Shown in pieces: positions 1 to 15,071 of a stretch of 64,000 nucleotides of DNA (position 1 is the stretch's first letter; each line of letters starts with the position of its first letter). A program made the position numbers and the translations under genes. The DNA is from Eledone cirrhosa (lineage: Eukaryota): the NCBI GenBank assembly GCA_964016885.1, contig CAXHJY010001376.1, positions 16,813-80,812 on the forward strand. Reading direction: 5' to 3'. The notes under the pieces were generated by a model. That model worked only from the letters and a program-made list of their open reading frames with translations, did not search any database and was not told where the DNA came from.

Positions 1-15
1 AACTGATCTATATTA

Positions 16-80
16 TATTTTATCTGATGAAAGCACACCATAATTTAACTTGGTGTCCTTGAAATATGTATAATGAAATA
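16..80 (+). ncRNA. Type I hammerhead ribozyme, family A
   Basis: Stem I TATTTTAT/ATGAAATA, CTGATGA (24-30), stem II AAG-c-ACACCA/TGGTGT-c-CTT, GAAA (61-64), minimal stem III ATATGTAT, cleavage after TA (72). Same family at 63580-63884. Confidence 0.8.
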
Positions 81-119
81 AATATGGTTTTATAAATATA
101 GTTTCCATTTGTTAATATC

Positions 120-152
<33 letters not shown>

Positions 153-158
<6 letters not shown>

Positions 159-350
159 TAAAGTGGTCCTTCATCAGTGATTTTCCAACCATCATCGGTA
201 TTTCTTCGCTTTAAAGACCATATACCTCCGGTTGGTGCGAGCAACGGCTAAAGAAAGTCGTTGGGACATGTAAATAAAGGGAACAGCGAGAGTGTAAACA
301 AACAATGATGGTGAAGCAACGAAAAGTGAGGAAGAACGAGTCAAATCCCA
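153..350 (-). mobile_element. (TA)n-flanked repeat, family B, carrying a half hammerhead motif
   Basis: Homologous to 34455-34620 and 39402-39497; minus strand has ATCA-CTGATGA-AGGAC but no closing GAAA. Confidence 0.55.
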
Positions 351-386
351 ATATATATATATATATATATATATATGCATACATTC

Positions 387-570
387 ATTTATTGTGGCTA
401 TTGGTGAGTTTAGTTACTCTAAAGTTTCAGCTGCTCACTCACAAGATCACCAGTCTTGTCTGATGATCCTGTGAGTACGCAGGTGAGATTCCAGAGTAAC
501 AAGGCTTAGCCATAATAAATGGATATCCAAACTCTACTTCGGTATTGAGTTTTCACTCTTATGTCTATCA
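387..570 (+). mobile_element. Fold-back PLE-like mini-element, family C
   Basis: 387-453 is a diverged reverse complement of 460-520, followed by a tail; homologous to 13500-13613, 24880-25010 and 28100-28290. Confidence 0.7.
452..506 (+). ncRNA. Type I hammerhead ribozyme, family C (decayed, GAGA for GAAA)
   Basis: AGTCTTGT-CTGATGA-T-CCTGTG-agta-CGCAGG-T-GAGA-TTCCAGAG-TA-ACAAGGCT. Confidence 0.7.
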
Positions 571-723
571 ATAATTCACATACTCTTAGGTCTTGAATAA
601 TCATCCCCACCCCGCGTTTATCAATTTGTCAGATTTTTTCCACCCCACCCGCTTATTAAATTTTGCTAATCTATCTCCGGCGAATTTTTATTGCGATTCA
701 TTTTGATACAGCAGCTGTAGATC

Positions 724-919
724 TAATAATAATTGTTTCTACTTTTGGCACAAGGCCAGCAATTACTCCAGTGCATTACTGGTACTTTATTTTATCGACC
801 GCGTAAGGATGAAAGGCAAAGTTGACCTCCGCGGGATTTGAACTCAGATCATAAAGGGCCGTAACTCTATGTTGCAAAGCATGGCGTCCGACCCTCTACC
901 GATACTGCCAATCCACCTT
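724..919 (-). mobile_element. tRNA-derived SINE, family S1
   Basis: A box TGGCAGTATCGG, B box GAGTTCAAATCC, central TTTGCCTTTCATCCTTACGGGGTCGATAAAATAAAGTACC (Meta-domain-like, from memory), (AAT) tail; AGATCTAATAATAATT duplicated at 719-734 and 925-940. Confidence 0.85.
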
Positions 920-964
920 ATTGAAGATCTAATAATAATTTTAACAAACCATTATATATGACAA

Positions 965-1150
965 GGTGGACTGGCAGTATCGGTAGAGGGTCTGACGCCA
1001 TGCTTTGCAGCAAAGAGTTACGCCCCTTTATGGTTTGAGTTCAAATCCCGCCGAGGTTAACTTTGCCTTTCATCCTTACGGGGTCGATAAAATAAAGTAC
1101 CAGTAATGCACTGGATAGTTGCTGGCCTTGTGCCAAAAGTAGAAACAATT
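965..1150 (+). mobile_element. tRNA-derived SINE, family S1
   Basis: Full copy; TSD ATTATATATGACAA at 951-964 and 1148-1161. Confidence 0.9.
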
Positions 1151-1490
1151 ATATATGACAAAAGAAGAACATTACAAGAAATCCCATATTTACGAACGTA
1201 CACGATACAATTAGATTGCCTGTGTGTGTGTCTATCTTTTGGTACTTATTCCAGCTTCCTGCGTTTCGGATTCAAATCCCGTAGAGTTGAATCTTATTTT
1301 TCATCGTTTTTGTATCATTAAATAAAGTACCTGTCTAATTCTGGGGGTAGATTCTTCTCTTTCTTTCTCTCTAGAAGAACATGGCTGCGCTGCGCTGAGT
1401 CCTGGAGAAGGATAACCTCCTCCAGTTTTAAGATATCCAAGAAAAAGGATGTGAGAGAGAAAGAGATGTAGGGCGTTATATGTGTGCGTG

Positions 1491-1543
<53 letters not shown>

Positions 1544-1844
1544 TTCTGTGTATAAAGAAATGCATCAGGAAAGAGAGAGATAGAAAACGAACGGTGGAAG
1601 GGAGGGGGAAGAAAGAGAGGAAGAAAGAGAAGGATAGAAGGGAGGAGGTAAGAGATGAAGAATGGAAGGTAGAGAGAGAGAGATGGGTGGAAGAAGTGAG
1701 ATGTCTCTAATAATATTAAACAAGTTAGAAGAGTGCGACCTTTATTCAGTGTGTGGTATGTGAAAAGTTGGGAGAGGAAATCCTGCATAGCAAGAAACTG
1801 TTCCATAATAAACCATCGGCTTTACTTGAAAAACCTAGTTTAAA

Positions 1845-4800
1845 CATCAGCACTACCACCAGCACTACCATCAGCACTACCATCAGCACTACCACAGCAC
1901 TACCACCAGCACTACCATCAGCACTACCATCAGCACTACCATCAGCACTACCACCAGCACTACCACCAGCACTACCATCAGCACTACCACAGCACTACCA
2001 CAGCACTACCATCAGCACTACCATCAGCACTACCATCAGCACTACCACCAGCACTACCACCAGCACTACCATCAGCACTACCATCAGCACTACCACCAGC
2101 ACTACCACCAGCACTACCATTAGCACTACCATCAGCACTACCATCAGCACTACCACCAGCACTACCACAGCACTACCACCAGCACTACCATCAGCACTAC
2201 CACCAACACTACCATCAGCACTACCATCAGCACTACCATCAGCACTACCACCAGCACTACCACCAGCACTACCATTAGCACTACCATCAGCACTACCATC
2301 AGCACTACCACCAGCACTACCACAGCACTACCATCAGCACTACCATCAGCACTACCACCAGCACTACCATCAGCATTACCATCAGCACTACCACCAGCAC
2401 TACCACCAACACTACCACCAGCACTACCATCAGCACTACCATCAGCACTACCATCAGCACTACCACCAGCACTACCATCAGCACTACCATCAGCACTACC
2501 ACCAGCACTACCATCTGCACTACCATCAGCACTACCATCAGCACTACCATCAGCACTACCACCAGCACTACCATCAGCACTACCACCAGCACTACCATCA
2601 GCACTACCATCAGCACTACCACCAGCACTACCATCTGCACTACCATCAGCACTACCATCAGCACTACCATCAGCACTACCACCAGCACTACCACCAGCAC
2701 TACCATCAGCACTACCATCAGCACTACCACCAGCACTACCACCAACACTACCATCAGCACTACCATCAGCACTACCACCAGCACTACCATCAGCACTACC
2801 ATCAACACTACCACCAGCACTACCATCAGCGCTACCATCAGCACTACCACCAGCACTACCACCAGCACTACCACCAGCATTACCACCAACACTACCACCA
2901 ACACTACCACCAACACTACCACCAACACTACCATCAGCACTACCATCAGCACTACCATCAGCACTACCACCAGCATTACCACCAACACTACCACCAACAC
3001 TACCACCAACACTACCACCAACACTACCATCAGCACTACCATCAGCACTACCACCAGCACTACCATCAGCACTACCATCAGCACTACCACCAGCACTACC
3101 ATCAGCGCTACCATCAGCACTACCACCAGCACTACCACCAGCACTACCATCAGCACTACCACCAGCACTACCACCAGCACTACCACCAACACTACCACCA
3201 GCACTACCACCAGCACTACCATCAGCACTACCACCAGCACTACCATCAGCACTACCATCAGCACTACCACCAGCACTACCATCTGCACTACCATCAGCAC
3301 TACCACCAGCACTACCACCAGCACTACCACCAGCACTACCACCAACACTACCACCAGCACTACCACCAACACTACCATCAACACTACCATCAGCACTACC
3401 ACCAGCACTACCACCAACACTACCACCAGCACTACCACCAGCACTACCATCAGCACTACCACCAGCACTACCACCAGCACTACCACCAACACTACCACCA
3501 GCACTACCACCAGCACTACCACCAGCACTACCACCAGCACTACCATCAGCACTACCATCAACACTACCACCAGCACTACCATCAGCACTACCATCAGCAC
3601 TACCACCAGCACTACCATCAGCACTACCACCAGCACTACCATCAGCACTACCACCAGCACTACCATCAGCACTACCACCAGCACTACCACCAGCACTACC
3701 ATCAGCACTACCAGCAGCACTACCACCAGCACTACCACCAGCACTACCACCAGCACTACCATCAGCACTACCACCAGCACTACCACCAGCACTACCATCA
3801 ACACTACCATCAGCACTACCATCAGCACTACCATCAGCACTACCATCAACACTACCACCAACACTACCATCAACACTACCACCAACACTACCACCAACAC
3901 TACCACCAACACTACCACCAACACTACCATCAACACTACCACCAACACTACCACCAACACTACCACCAACACTACCATCAACACTACCATCAGCACTACC
4001 ACCAGCACTACCACCAACACTACCACCAACACTACCATCAACACTACCACCAGCACTACCACCAACACTACCACCAACACTACCACCAACACTACCATGA
4101 ACACTACCACCAACACTACCACCAACACTACCACCAACACTACCATCAGCACTACCACCAACACTACCACCAACACTACCAACAACACTACCATCAACAC
4201 TACCATCAGCACTACCACCAGCACTACCACCAACACTACCACCAACACTACCATCAGCACTACCACCAACACTACCACCAACACTACCACCAACACTACC
4301 ATCAACACTACCATCAGCACTACCACCAACACTACCACCAGCACTACCACCAACACTACCACCAACACTACCATCAACACTACCATCAACACTACCACCA
4401 ACACTACCACCAACACTACCATCAACACTACCACCAACACTACCACCAACACTACCATCAACACTACCACCAACACTACCATCAACACTACCATCAGCAC
4501 TACCATCAACACTACCATCAGCACTACCATCAGCACTACCATCAACACTACCATCAGCACTACCATCAGCACTACCATCAGCACTACCACCAACACTACC
4601 ACCAACACTACCATCAACACTACCACCAACACTACCATCAGCACTACCATCAGCACTACCATCAACACTACCACCAGCACTACCACCAGCACTACCATCA
4701 GCACTACCATCAGCACTACCATCAACACTACCATCAGCACTACCATCAGCACTACCATCAGCACTACCATCAACACTACCATCAGCACTACCATCAGCAC

Positions 4801-7800
4801 TACCATCAGCACTACCACCAGCACTACCATCAGCACTACCATCAACACTACCACCAACACTACCACCAGCACTACCATCAGCACTACCATCAGCACTACC
4901 ATCAACACTACCATCAGCACTACCATCAGCACTACCATCAGCACTACCATCAGCACTACCACCAACACTACCATCAACACTACCACCAACACTACCATCA
5001 ACACTACCACCAGCACTACCACCAACACTACCATCAACACTACCACCAACATTACCATCAGCACTACCACCAGCACTACCATTAGCACTACCACCAGCAC
5101 TACCACCAGCACTACCACCAACACAACCATCAGCACTACCATCAGCACTACCATCAGCACTACCATCAGCACTACCATCAGCACTATCATCAGCACTACC
5201 ACCAGCACTACCACCAGCACTACCATCAGCACTACCACCAGCACTACCACCAGCACTACCACCAGCACTATCATCAGCACTACCATCAGCACTACCACCA
5301 GCACTACCACCAGCACTATCATCAGCACTACCACCAACACTACCACCAGCACTACCATCAACACTACCACCAACACTACCACCAACACTACCACCAACAC
5401 TACCATCAGCACTACCATCAGCACTACCATCAGCACTACCACCAACACTACCATCAGCACTACCATCAGCACTACCATCAGCACTACCACCAACACTACC
5501 ACCAGCACTACCATCAGCACTACCATCAGCACTACCACCAACACTACCACCAGCACTACCAGCAGCACTACCACCAACACTACCAGCAGCACTACCATCA
5601 ACACTACCACTAGCACTACCACCAGCACTACCATCAGCACTACCATCAACACTACCATCAGCACTACCACCAGCACTACCATCAGCACTACCATCAGCAC
5701 TACCACCAACACTACCATCAGCACTACCATCAGCACTACCATCAGCACTACCATCAACACTACCACCAACACTGCCATCAGCACTACCACCAACACTACC
5801 ATCAGCATTACCATCAGCACTACCATCAGCACTACCACCAACACTACCATCAGCACTACCATCAGCACTACCATCAGCACTACCACCAGCACTACCATCA
5901 GCATTACCATCAGCACTACCATCAGCACTACCATCAGCACTACCATCAGCACTACCACCAACACTACCACCAACACTACCATCAGCACTACCATCAGCAC
6001 TACCATCAGCACTACCACCAACACTACCATCAGCACTACCATCAGCACTACCATCAGCACTACCACCAACACTACCACCAGCACTACCATCAGCACTACC
6101 ATCAGCACTACCACCAACACTACCACCAACACTACCATCAGCACTACCATCAACACTACCACCAGCACTACCATCAGCACTACCACCAACACTACCATCA
6201 ACACTACCACCAACACTACCACCAACACTACCATCAACACTACCACCAACACTACCATCAACACTGCCATCAGCACTACCATCAGCACTACCATCAGCAC
6301 TACCATCAGCACTACCATCAACACTCCCATCAGCACTACCATCAGCACTACCACAGCACTACCACCAGCACTACCATCAGCACTACCATCAGCATTACCA
6401 TCAGCACTACCACCAGCACTACCATCAGCACTACCATCAGCATTACCATCAGCACTACCATCAGCATTACCATCAGCACTACCACCAGCACTACCACCAG
6501 CACTACCATCAGCACTACCATCAGCACTACCATCAGCACTACCACCACCACTACCATCAGCACTACCATCAGCATTACCATCAGCACTACCACCAGCATT
6601 ACCATCAGCACTACCATCAGCACTACCACCAGCACTACCACCAGCACTACCATCAGCACTACCATCAGCACTACCACCAACACTACCACCAGCACTACCA
6701 CCAGCACTACCATCAGCACTACCACCAGCACTACCATCAGCACTACCATCAGCACTACCACCAACACTACCATCAGCACTACCATCAGCATTACCATCAG
6801 CACTACCACCAGCACTACCACCAGCACTACCATCAGCACTACCATCACCACTACCATCAGCACTACCATCAGGACTACCATCAGCACTACCATCAGCACT
6901 ACCACCAACACTACCACCAGCACTACCACCAGCACTACCATCAGCACTACCATCAGCATTACCATCAGCACTACCACCAGCACTACCATCAGCACTACCA
7001 TCAGCATTACCATCAGCACTACCATCAGCATTACCATCAGCACTACCACCAGCACTACCACCAGCACTACCATCAGCACTACCATCACCACTACCATCAG
7101 CACTACCATCAGCATTACCATCAGCACTACCACCAACACTACCACCAGCACTACCACCAGCACTACCATCAGCACTACCATCAGCATTACCATCAGCACT
7201 ACCACCAGCACTACCATCAGCACTACCATCAGCATTACCATCAGCACTACCATCAGCATTACCATCAGCACTACCACCAGCACTACCACCAGCACTACCA
7301 TCAGCACTACCATCACCACTACCATCAGCACTACCATCAGCATTACCATCAGCACTACCATCACCACTACCATCAGCACTACCACCAGCACTACCATCAG
7401 CATTACCATCAGCACTACCACCACCACTACCATCAGCACTACCACCAACACTACCATCAACACTACAATCAACACTACCATCAACACTACCACCAACACT
7501 ACCACCAGCATTACCATCAGCACTACCACCACCACTACCATCAGCACTACCACCAACACTACCACCAACACTACCATCAGCACTACCATCAGCACTACCA
7601 TCAGCACTACCACCAACACTACCACCAGCACTACCATCAGCACTACCATCAGCACTACCACCAACACTACCACCAACACTACCATCAGCACTACCATCAA
7701 CACTACCACCAGCACTACCATCAGCACTACCACCAACACTACCATCAACACTACCACCAACACTACCACCAACACTACCACCAGCATTACCATCAGCACT

Positions 7801-10800
7801 ACCACCACCACTACCATCAGCACTACCACCAACACTACCACCAACACTACCATCAGCACTACCACCAGCACTACCATCAGCATTACCATCAGCACTACCA
7901 CCACCACTACCATCAGCACTACCATCAACACTACCACCAACACTACCATCAACACTACCATCAGCACTACCATCAGCACTACCATCAGCACTACCACCAG
8001 CACTACCACCAGCACTACCATCAGCACTACCATCAGCACTACCATCAGCACTACCATCAGCATTACCATCAGCACTACCATCAGCACTACCACCAGCACT
8101 ACCACCAGCACTACCATCAGCATTACCATCAGCACTACCACCACCACTACCATCAGCACTACCACCAACACTACCACCAACACTACCATCAGCACTACCA
8201 CCAGCACTACCATCAGCACTACCATCAGCACTACCCTCAGCACTACCACCAGCACTACCATCAGCACTACCATCAGCATTACCACCAGCACTACCATCAG
8301 CACTACCATCAGCATTACCATCAGCACTACCATCAGCATTACCATCAGCACTACCACCAGCACTACCACCAGCACTACCATCAGCACTACCATCAGCACT
8401 ACCATCAGCACTACCATCAGTATTACCATCAGCACTACCATCAGCACTACCACCAGCATTATCATCAGCACTACCACCAACACTACCACCAACACTACCA
8501 CCAGCATTACCATCAGCACTACCACCAACACTACCACCAACACTACCATCAGCACTACCACCAGCACTACCATCAGCACTACCACCAACACTACCACAAG
8601 CACTACCATCAGCCTTACAATCAACACTACCACCAGCACTACCACCAGCACTACCATCAGCACTACCACCAGCACTACCATCAGCACTACCATCAGCACT
8701 ACCATCAGCACTACCATCAGCACTACCATCAACACTACCATCAACACTACCATCAACACTACCATCAGCACTACCATCAGCACTACCACCAGCACTACCA
8801 CCAGCACTACCATCAGCACTACCACCAACACTACCATCAACACTACCATCAACACTACCATCAACACTACCGCCAACACTACCATCAGCACTACCATCAG
8901 CACTACCACCAGCACTACCATCAGCACTACCATCAGCACTACCATCAGCACTACCATCAGCACTACCATCAGCACTACCACCAGCATCACCATCAGCACT
9001 ACCATCAGCACTACCATCAGCACTACCATCAGCACTACCACCAGCACTACCATCAGCACTACCATCAGCACTACCACAGCACTACCACCAGCACTACCAT
9101 CAACACTACCATCAGCACTACCATCAGCACTACCATCAGCACTACCATCAGCCTTACAATCAACACTACCACCAGCACTACCATCAACACTACCATCAAC
9201 ACTACCATCAGCACTACCATCAGCACTACCATCAGCCTTACAATCAACACTACCACCAGCACTACCATCAGCAGTACCACCAACACTACCACCAGCACTA
9301 CCATCAGCACTACCATCAGCCTTACAATCAACACTACCACCAGCACTACCATCAGCACTACCATCAGCACTACCATCAGCCTTACAATCAACACTACCAC
9401 CAGCACTACCATCAGCACTACCACCAACACTACCACCAACACTACCACCAGCACTACCATCAGCACTACCATCAGCCTTACAATCAACACTACCACCAGC
9501 ACTACCATCAGCACTACCACCAACACTACCACCAGCACTACCATCAGCATTACCATCAGCACTACCACCAGCACTACCACCAGCACTACCATCAGCACTA
9601 CCATCAGCACTACCATCAGCATTACCATCAGCACTACCATCAGCACTACCACCAGCACTACCACCAGCACTACCATCAGCATTACCATCAGCACTACCAC
9701 CACCACTACCATCAGCACTACCACCAACACTACCATCAGCACTACCATCAGCACTACCACCAACACTACCCTCAGCACTATCATCAGCACTACCACCAAC
9801 ACTACCATCAGCACTACCATCAGCACTACCATCAGCACTACCACCAGCACTACCCTCAGCACTACCATCAGCACTACCACCAACACTACCATCAGCACTA
9901 CCATCAGCACTACCATCAGCACTACCATCAGCACTACCACCAGCACTACCATCAGCACTACCACCAGCACTACCACCAGCACTACCATCAGCACTACCAC
10001 CAGCACTACCCTCAGCACTACCATCAGCACTACCATCAGCATTACCATCAGCACTACCATCAGCACTACCCTCAGCACTACCACCAGTACTACCATCAGC
10101 ACTACCATCAGCACTACCATCAGCACTACCACCAACACTACCATCAGCACTACCATCAGCACTACCACCAGCACTACCATCAGCACTACCACCAGCACTA
10201 CCACCAGCACTACCACCAGCACTACCATCAGCACTACCACCAGCACTACCATCAGCACTACCCTCAGCACTACCACCAGCACTACCATCAGCACTACCCT
10301 CAGCACTACCACCAGCACTACCATCAGCACTACCATCAGCATTACCATCAGCACTACCACCAGCACTACCATCAGCACTACCATCAGCATTACCATCAGC
10401 ACTACCATCAGCATTACCATCAGCACTACCACCAGCACTACCACCAGCACTACCATCAGCACTACCATCAGCACTACCATCAGCATTACCATCAGCACTA
10501 CCACCAGCACTACCATCAGCACTACCATCAGCATTACCATCAGCACTACCATCAGCATTACCATCAGCACTACCACCAGCACTACCACCAGCACTACCAT
10601 CAGCACTACCATCAGCACTACCATCAGCATTACCATCAGCACTATCATCAGCACTACCACCAGCACTACCACCAGCACTACCATCAGCACTACCATCAGC
10701 ACTACCATCAGCACTACCATCAGTATTACCATCAGCACTACCACCAACACTACCACCAACACTACCACCAGCATTACCATCAGCACTACCACCAACACTA

Positions 10801-11545
10801 CCACCAACACTACCATCAGCACTACCACCAGCACTACCATCAGCACTACCACCAACACTACCACAAGCACTACCATCAGCCTTACAATCAACACTACCAT
10901 CAGCACTACCATCAGTATTACCACCAGCACTACCACCAGCACTACCATCAGCACTACCACCAGCACTACCATCAGCACTACCATCAGCACTACCATCAGC
11001 ACTACCATCAACACTACCATCAGCACTACCATCAGCACTACCACCAGCACTACCACCAGCACTACCATCAGCACTACCACCAACACTACCATCAACACTA
11101 CCATCAACACTACCATCAACTCTACCACCAACACTACCATCAGCACTACCATCAGCACTACCACCAGCACTACCATCAGCACTACCATCAGCACTACCAT
11201 CAGCACTACCATCAGCACTACCATCAGCACTACCACCAGCATTACCATCAGCACTACCATCAGCACTACCATCAGCACTACCATCAGCACTACCACCAGC
11301 ACTACCATCAGCACTACCATCAGCACTACCATCATCACCATCATCACCAACAGCAATACCACCACCAGCACCATCATCACCATCATCATCACCACCATCA
11401 TCACCAACCGTCAGCACTACCATCGGCAATACCATTACCACCAACACTACCACCAACACTACCACCAACACTACCATCAACACTAACACCAACACTACCA
11501 CCAACACTACCATCAACACTACCACCAACACTACCATCAACACTT
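1845..11545. repeat. 12-bp minisatellite (CARCACTACCAY)n, ~9.7 kb
   Basis: Direct tandem of CAGCACTACCAT/CAGCACTACCAC/CAACACTACCAC; occasional 11-bp units shift the frame. Source of the QHYH/TTIS/ALPS/VVLM ORFs. Confidence 0.98.
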
Positions 11546-12034
11546 CCTTCAACCATCACACCACCACCAACACCACACCACTTCAGCCACCAACACCATA
11601 CCACGACACCACACCTCCACAACCACCATAGCCACACCATCACAACCGCCAACACCACCAACACAACACAACAACCCACACAACCACCAATACCACCAAC
11701 ACAACTCAACCATCAATACCACACCAACACTACACCAACACCAATACCACATCACCACACCACACCAACACCAACACCAACACCACACCACCACCACCGC
11801 CATTGCCAAAAGTTTACCACTACCAGCACTACAATCACGAGTGCCACTACCAGCACTACAATCACGAGTACCACCACCATCCTCTCCACCACCACCACCA
11901 CCACTACTAATCTACACCACCACCCTATCCACCACCATCCTCTCCACCACCACCACCCCAGCAGGCTGTTGGCATTACTGACAGTTTCCAGAGAAAGAAA
12001 TCAAATCACACACTACAGAACATTGCTGCACATT

Positions 12035-12173
12035 GGAAGGGGGGGGGGGGTTATTGCTGGGGGGGTGGCGTACTGGGGGTGGGTGGGGGTATAGTGTTGG
12101 TGAGAGGTGCATTGGTGGTAGTGTTAGTAGTACTAGTGGCGGCTTGGAAGAGTATTGGTAGTAGTAGTAGTAA

Positions 12174-12207
<34 letters not shown>

Positions 12208-12208
12208 C

Positions 12209-12263
<55 letters not shown>

Positions 12264-12616
12264 CGGTGTTGGTGATGTTGTTGTTGGTGGTGGCGGTGGT
12301 ATTGTTGGTGGCAATGCTGGTGGTGTTGGTACCGTGATGGTATCGCTGATGGTGATGTTTGTTGTCGTCGTTGGTGGTGGTAGTAGTGCTGATGTTTTTG
12401 TTGTCGTTGGTGGTGGTGGTGGCGGTGTTGTTGTTGCTTTTGGTGGTGGTGGTGGTGATGGCGGTGTTGTTGTTGGTGGTGGTGGCGGTGGTGTTGTTGT
12501 TGCTGTTGGTGGTGATGGTGGTGGTGGTGGTGTTGTTGTTGTTGTTGGTGTTGTTGCAGTTGTTGCTGTTATTGTTATTGGTGGTGGTTTTGTTGTTATC
12601 GTTGGTGTTGTTGCAG

Positions 12617-12647
<31 letters not shown>

Positions 12648-12660
12648 AGATAGAGGTGGT
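12035..12660. repeat. G-runs, (TAG)n and degenerate (TGG/TTG)n low-complexity tract
   Basis: Directly visible; composition flips from C/A-rich to G/T-rich at ~12030. Confidence 0.9.
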
Positions 12661-12700
12661 GTTGGCTTTGGAAAGATAAGTCCGTTTCCTCTCATCGTTT

Positions 12701-13055
12701 CCAATATTACAACATCCAATACAAGTCCGTCCCCTCATCAGTAGCCAATATTACAACATCCAATACAAGTCCGTCCCCTCATCAGTAGCCAATATTACAA
12801 CATCCAATACAAGTCCGTCCCCTCATCAGTAGCCAATATTACAACATCCAATACAAGTCCGTCCCCTCATCAGTAGCCAATATTACAACATCCAATACAA
12901 GTCCGTCCCCTCATCAGTAGCCAATATTACAACATCCAATACAAGTCCGTTCCCTCATCAGTAGCCAATATTACAACATCCAATACAAGTCCGTCCCCTC
13001 ATCAGTAGCCAATATTACAACAACCAATACAAGTCCGTCCCCTCATCAGTAGCCA
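12701..13055. repeat. 44-bp minisatellite, 8 copies
   Basis: Unit CCAATATTACAACATCCAATACAAGTCCGTCCCCTCATCAGTAG. Confidence 0.95.
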
Positions 13056-13405
13056 GTTATTATTATAACAATTATTATAACTGTGTTACCTAAGATGATA
13101 TCTGAAAAAGTTATGTTAGTGATTGCATGATGGCAGCATTACGTAAATAATAACATCACAGAAATATGTATAACAGCATATTAACTTAATAAAATGAATT
13201 ATAGAAATCTAGCCATCGTATTTTTATCATTAATGTATGTATACTCCGTCATTGACTATCACATTGGAATTGGAAGGAAACACATGACGCTGGGTGCTTA
13301 AACCTAATTACATCATTATTCATCAACGGGAATGTTGCAAACATAACCCCAGTTAGTTAACATTTAATAGCACACAAGCACACATATGTATGTGCATATA
13401 TATAC

Positions 13406-13485
<80 letters not shown>

Positions 13486-13563
13486 TTTGTATATCTATAG
13501 ATATACGGTATGTTGGAGCGAAAGCCTTAATTAAATATTCATATTCATTTATTAAGGGAGAGA

Positions 13564-13613
13564 GTCTTGTTACTCTGAAGTTTCGCCCGTTTCTCACAGG
13601 GTCATCAGACAGA
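13564..13613 (-). ncRNA. Type I hammerhead ribozyme, family C
   Basis: Minus: GTCTGT-CTGATGA-C-CCTGT-gagaa-ACGGG-C-GAAA-CTTCAGAG-TA-ACAAGAC; core intact. Confidence 0.8.
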
Positions 13614-13633
13614 CACACATACGCACACACACA

Positions 13634-13699
<66 letters not shown>

Positions 13700-13702
13700 C
13701 TC

Positions 13703-13733
<31 letters not shown>

Positions 13734-13835
13734 AACACTCACACGCACACACACACACGCACACACACACACAAACACACACAAACACACACACAAACAC
13801 ACACCCATACACACAAACACACACACACAAACACA

Positions 13836-13867
<32 letters not shown>

Positions 13868-13908
13868 AACACACACACGCACACAAACAAACACAAACAC
13901 ACACACAA

Positions 13909-13943
<35 letters not shown>

Positions 13944-14046
13944 CACGCACACACACACAGGCGCAAACACACACACACAAACACACACACACACACAAAC
14001 ACAAACACACACACGTATATATATATAGTAGTATACGCACACACAC

Positions 14047-14100
<54 letters not shown>

Positions 14101-14316
14101 GTGTGTGTGCGTATACTACGAACATATATATAAACATACACAGAGAACAGAGGGAAAATGAGACGGGACAGCATCAGCAACATCAGTAGTAGCAACAACA
14201 TCATCATCAACAGGTGCAGCAGCAAAGGCATTAGTAAAACAATGATAACAACGCTACAGACAGTCTATATGTAGAGATGTGTGTTTGTGTGTTTTAATGC
14301 AAATGTGTACTTATAC

Positions 14317-14420
14317 ACGGAAAAAATGAAACGAAATTTAATTTCTCACTCTTAGTACGGCTGTTACTTAAATATAAGTATGTATACGTACATACATATA
14401 TGTATACAGACGTACAGTAG

Positions 14421-14462
<42 letters not shown>

Positions 14463-14965
14463 CATGTATGTATATATATATACATACTACTGTACGTCTG
14501 TATACATATATGTATGTACGTATACATACTTATATTTAAGTAACAGCCGTACTAAGAGTGAGAAATGAAATTTCGTTTCATTTTTTCCGTTTATCGTTTT
14601 CGGTGCGCCCGGCCGATTAACTCACTCGATATGCAAATTAGGCTGCTCAGCCGTTAATATGCATAAGGAAAGTATATATTTTCAGACGTTCAATCATCTG
14701 GCAGGAAGGTATACGGTGCTGACGATAGCTAATAAGCTTGAAACTAGTACATCGTTCCTTTGTGAGTGTTGAACAAAAGGGCAACGATGGTTGCTAAACA
14801 CTGTACGGCTTAATTCGGGATGTTTGTTTACAAACATACAGAGCATTATAATAAATGTTCGGTGAATCCATACGTACATGTATATATGTGTGCATGTATG
14901 TATATATATATACATACTACTGTACGTCTGTATACATATATGTATGTACGTATACATACTTATAT
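14317..14965 (+). mobile_element. Retrozyme/pLTR-like element, family P (inverted arm plus ~430-bp terminally redundant unit)
   Basis: 14317-14430 is the reverse complement of ~14478-14590; 14459-14535 recurs at 14889-14965; fragments also at 33895-34115 and 37110-37222. Confidence 0.75.
14713..14755 (+). ncRNA. Minimal type I hammerhead ribozyme, family P
   Basis: ACGGTG-CTGACGA-T-AGCT-aata-AGCT-T-GAAA-CTAG-TA-CATCGT; all three stems present; stem III palindrome ACTAGT. Confidence 0.88.
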
Positions 14966-15071
14966 GTACTTATACACATGTACCTATATATTGATATACA
15001 CACTTAATTATACATGTATACACTCACAAAGACTTAAACACATGCATATGAGTATATATATATATATATAT

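Noticed and set aside
1753-12094. Giant ORFs (1110-2665 aa) on both strands
   Set aside because: They are translations of a 12-bp tandem repeat, open in nearly all frames, with frame-shifting 11-bp units and no unique domain.
12701-13055. 44-bp tandem with CTGATGAG on the minus strand as a hammerhead satellite or CRISPR array
   Set aside because: There is no GAAA or stem II in the unit; units are identical with no spacers and no cas genes.
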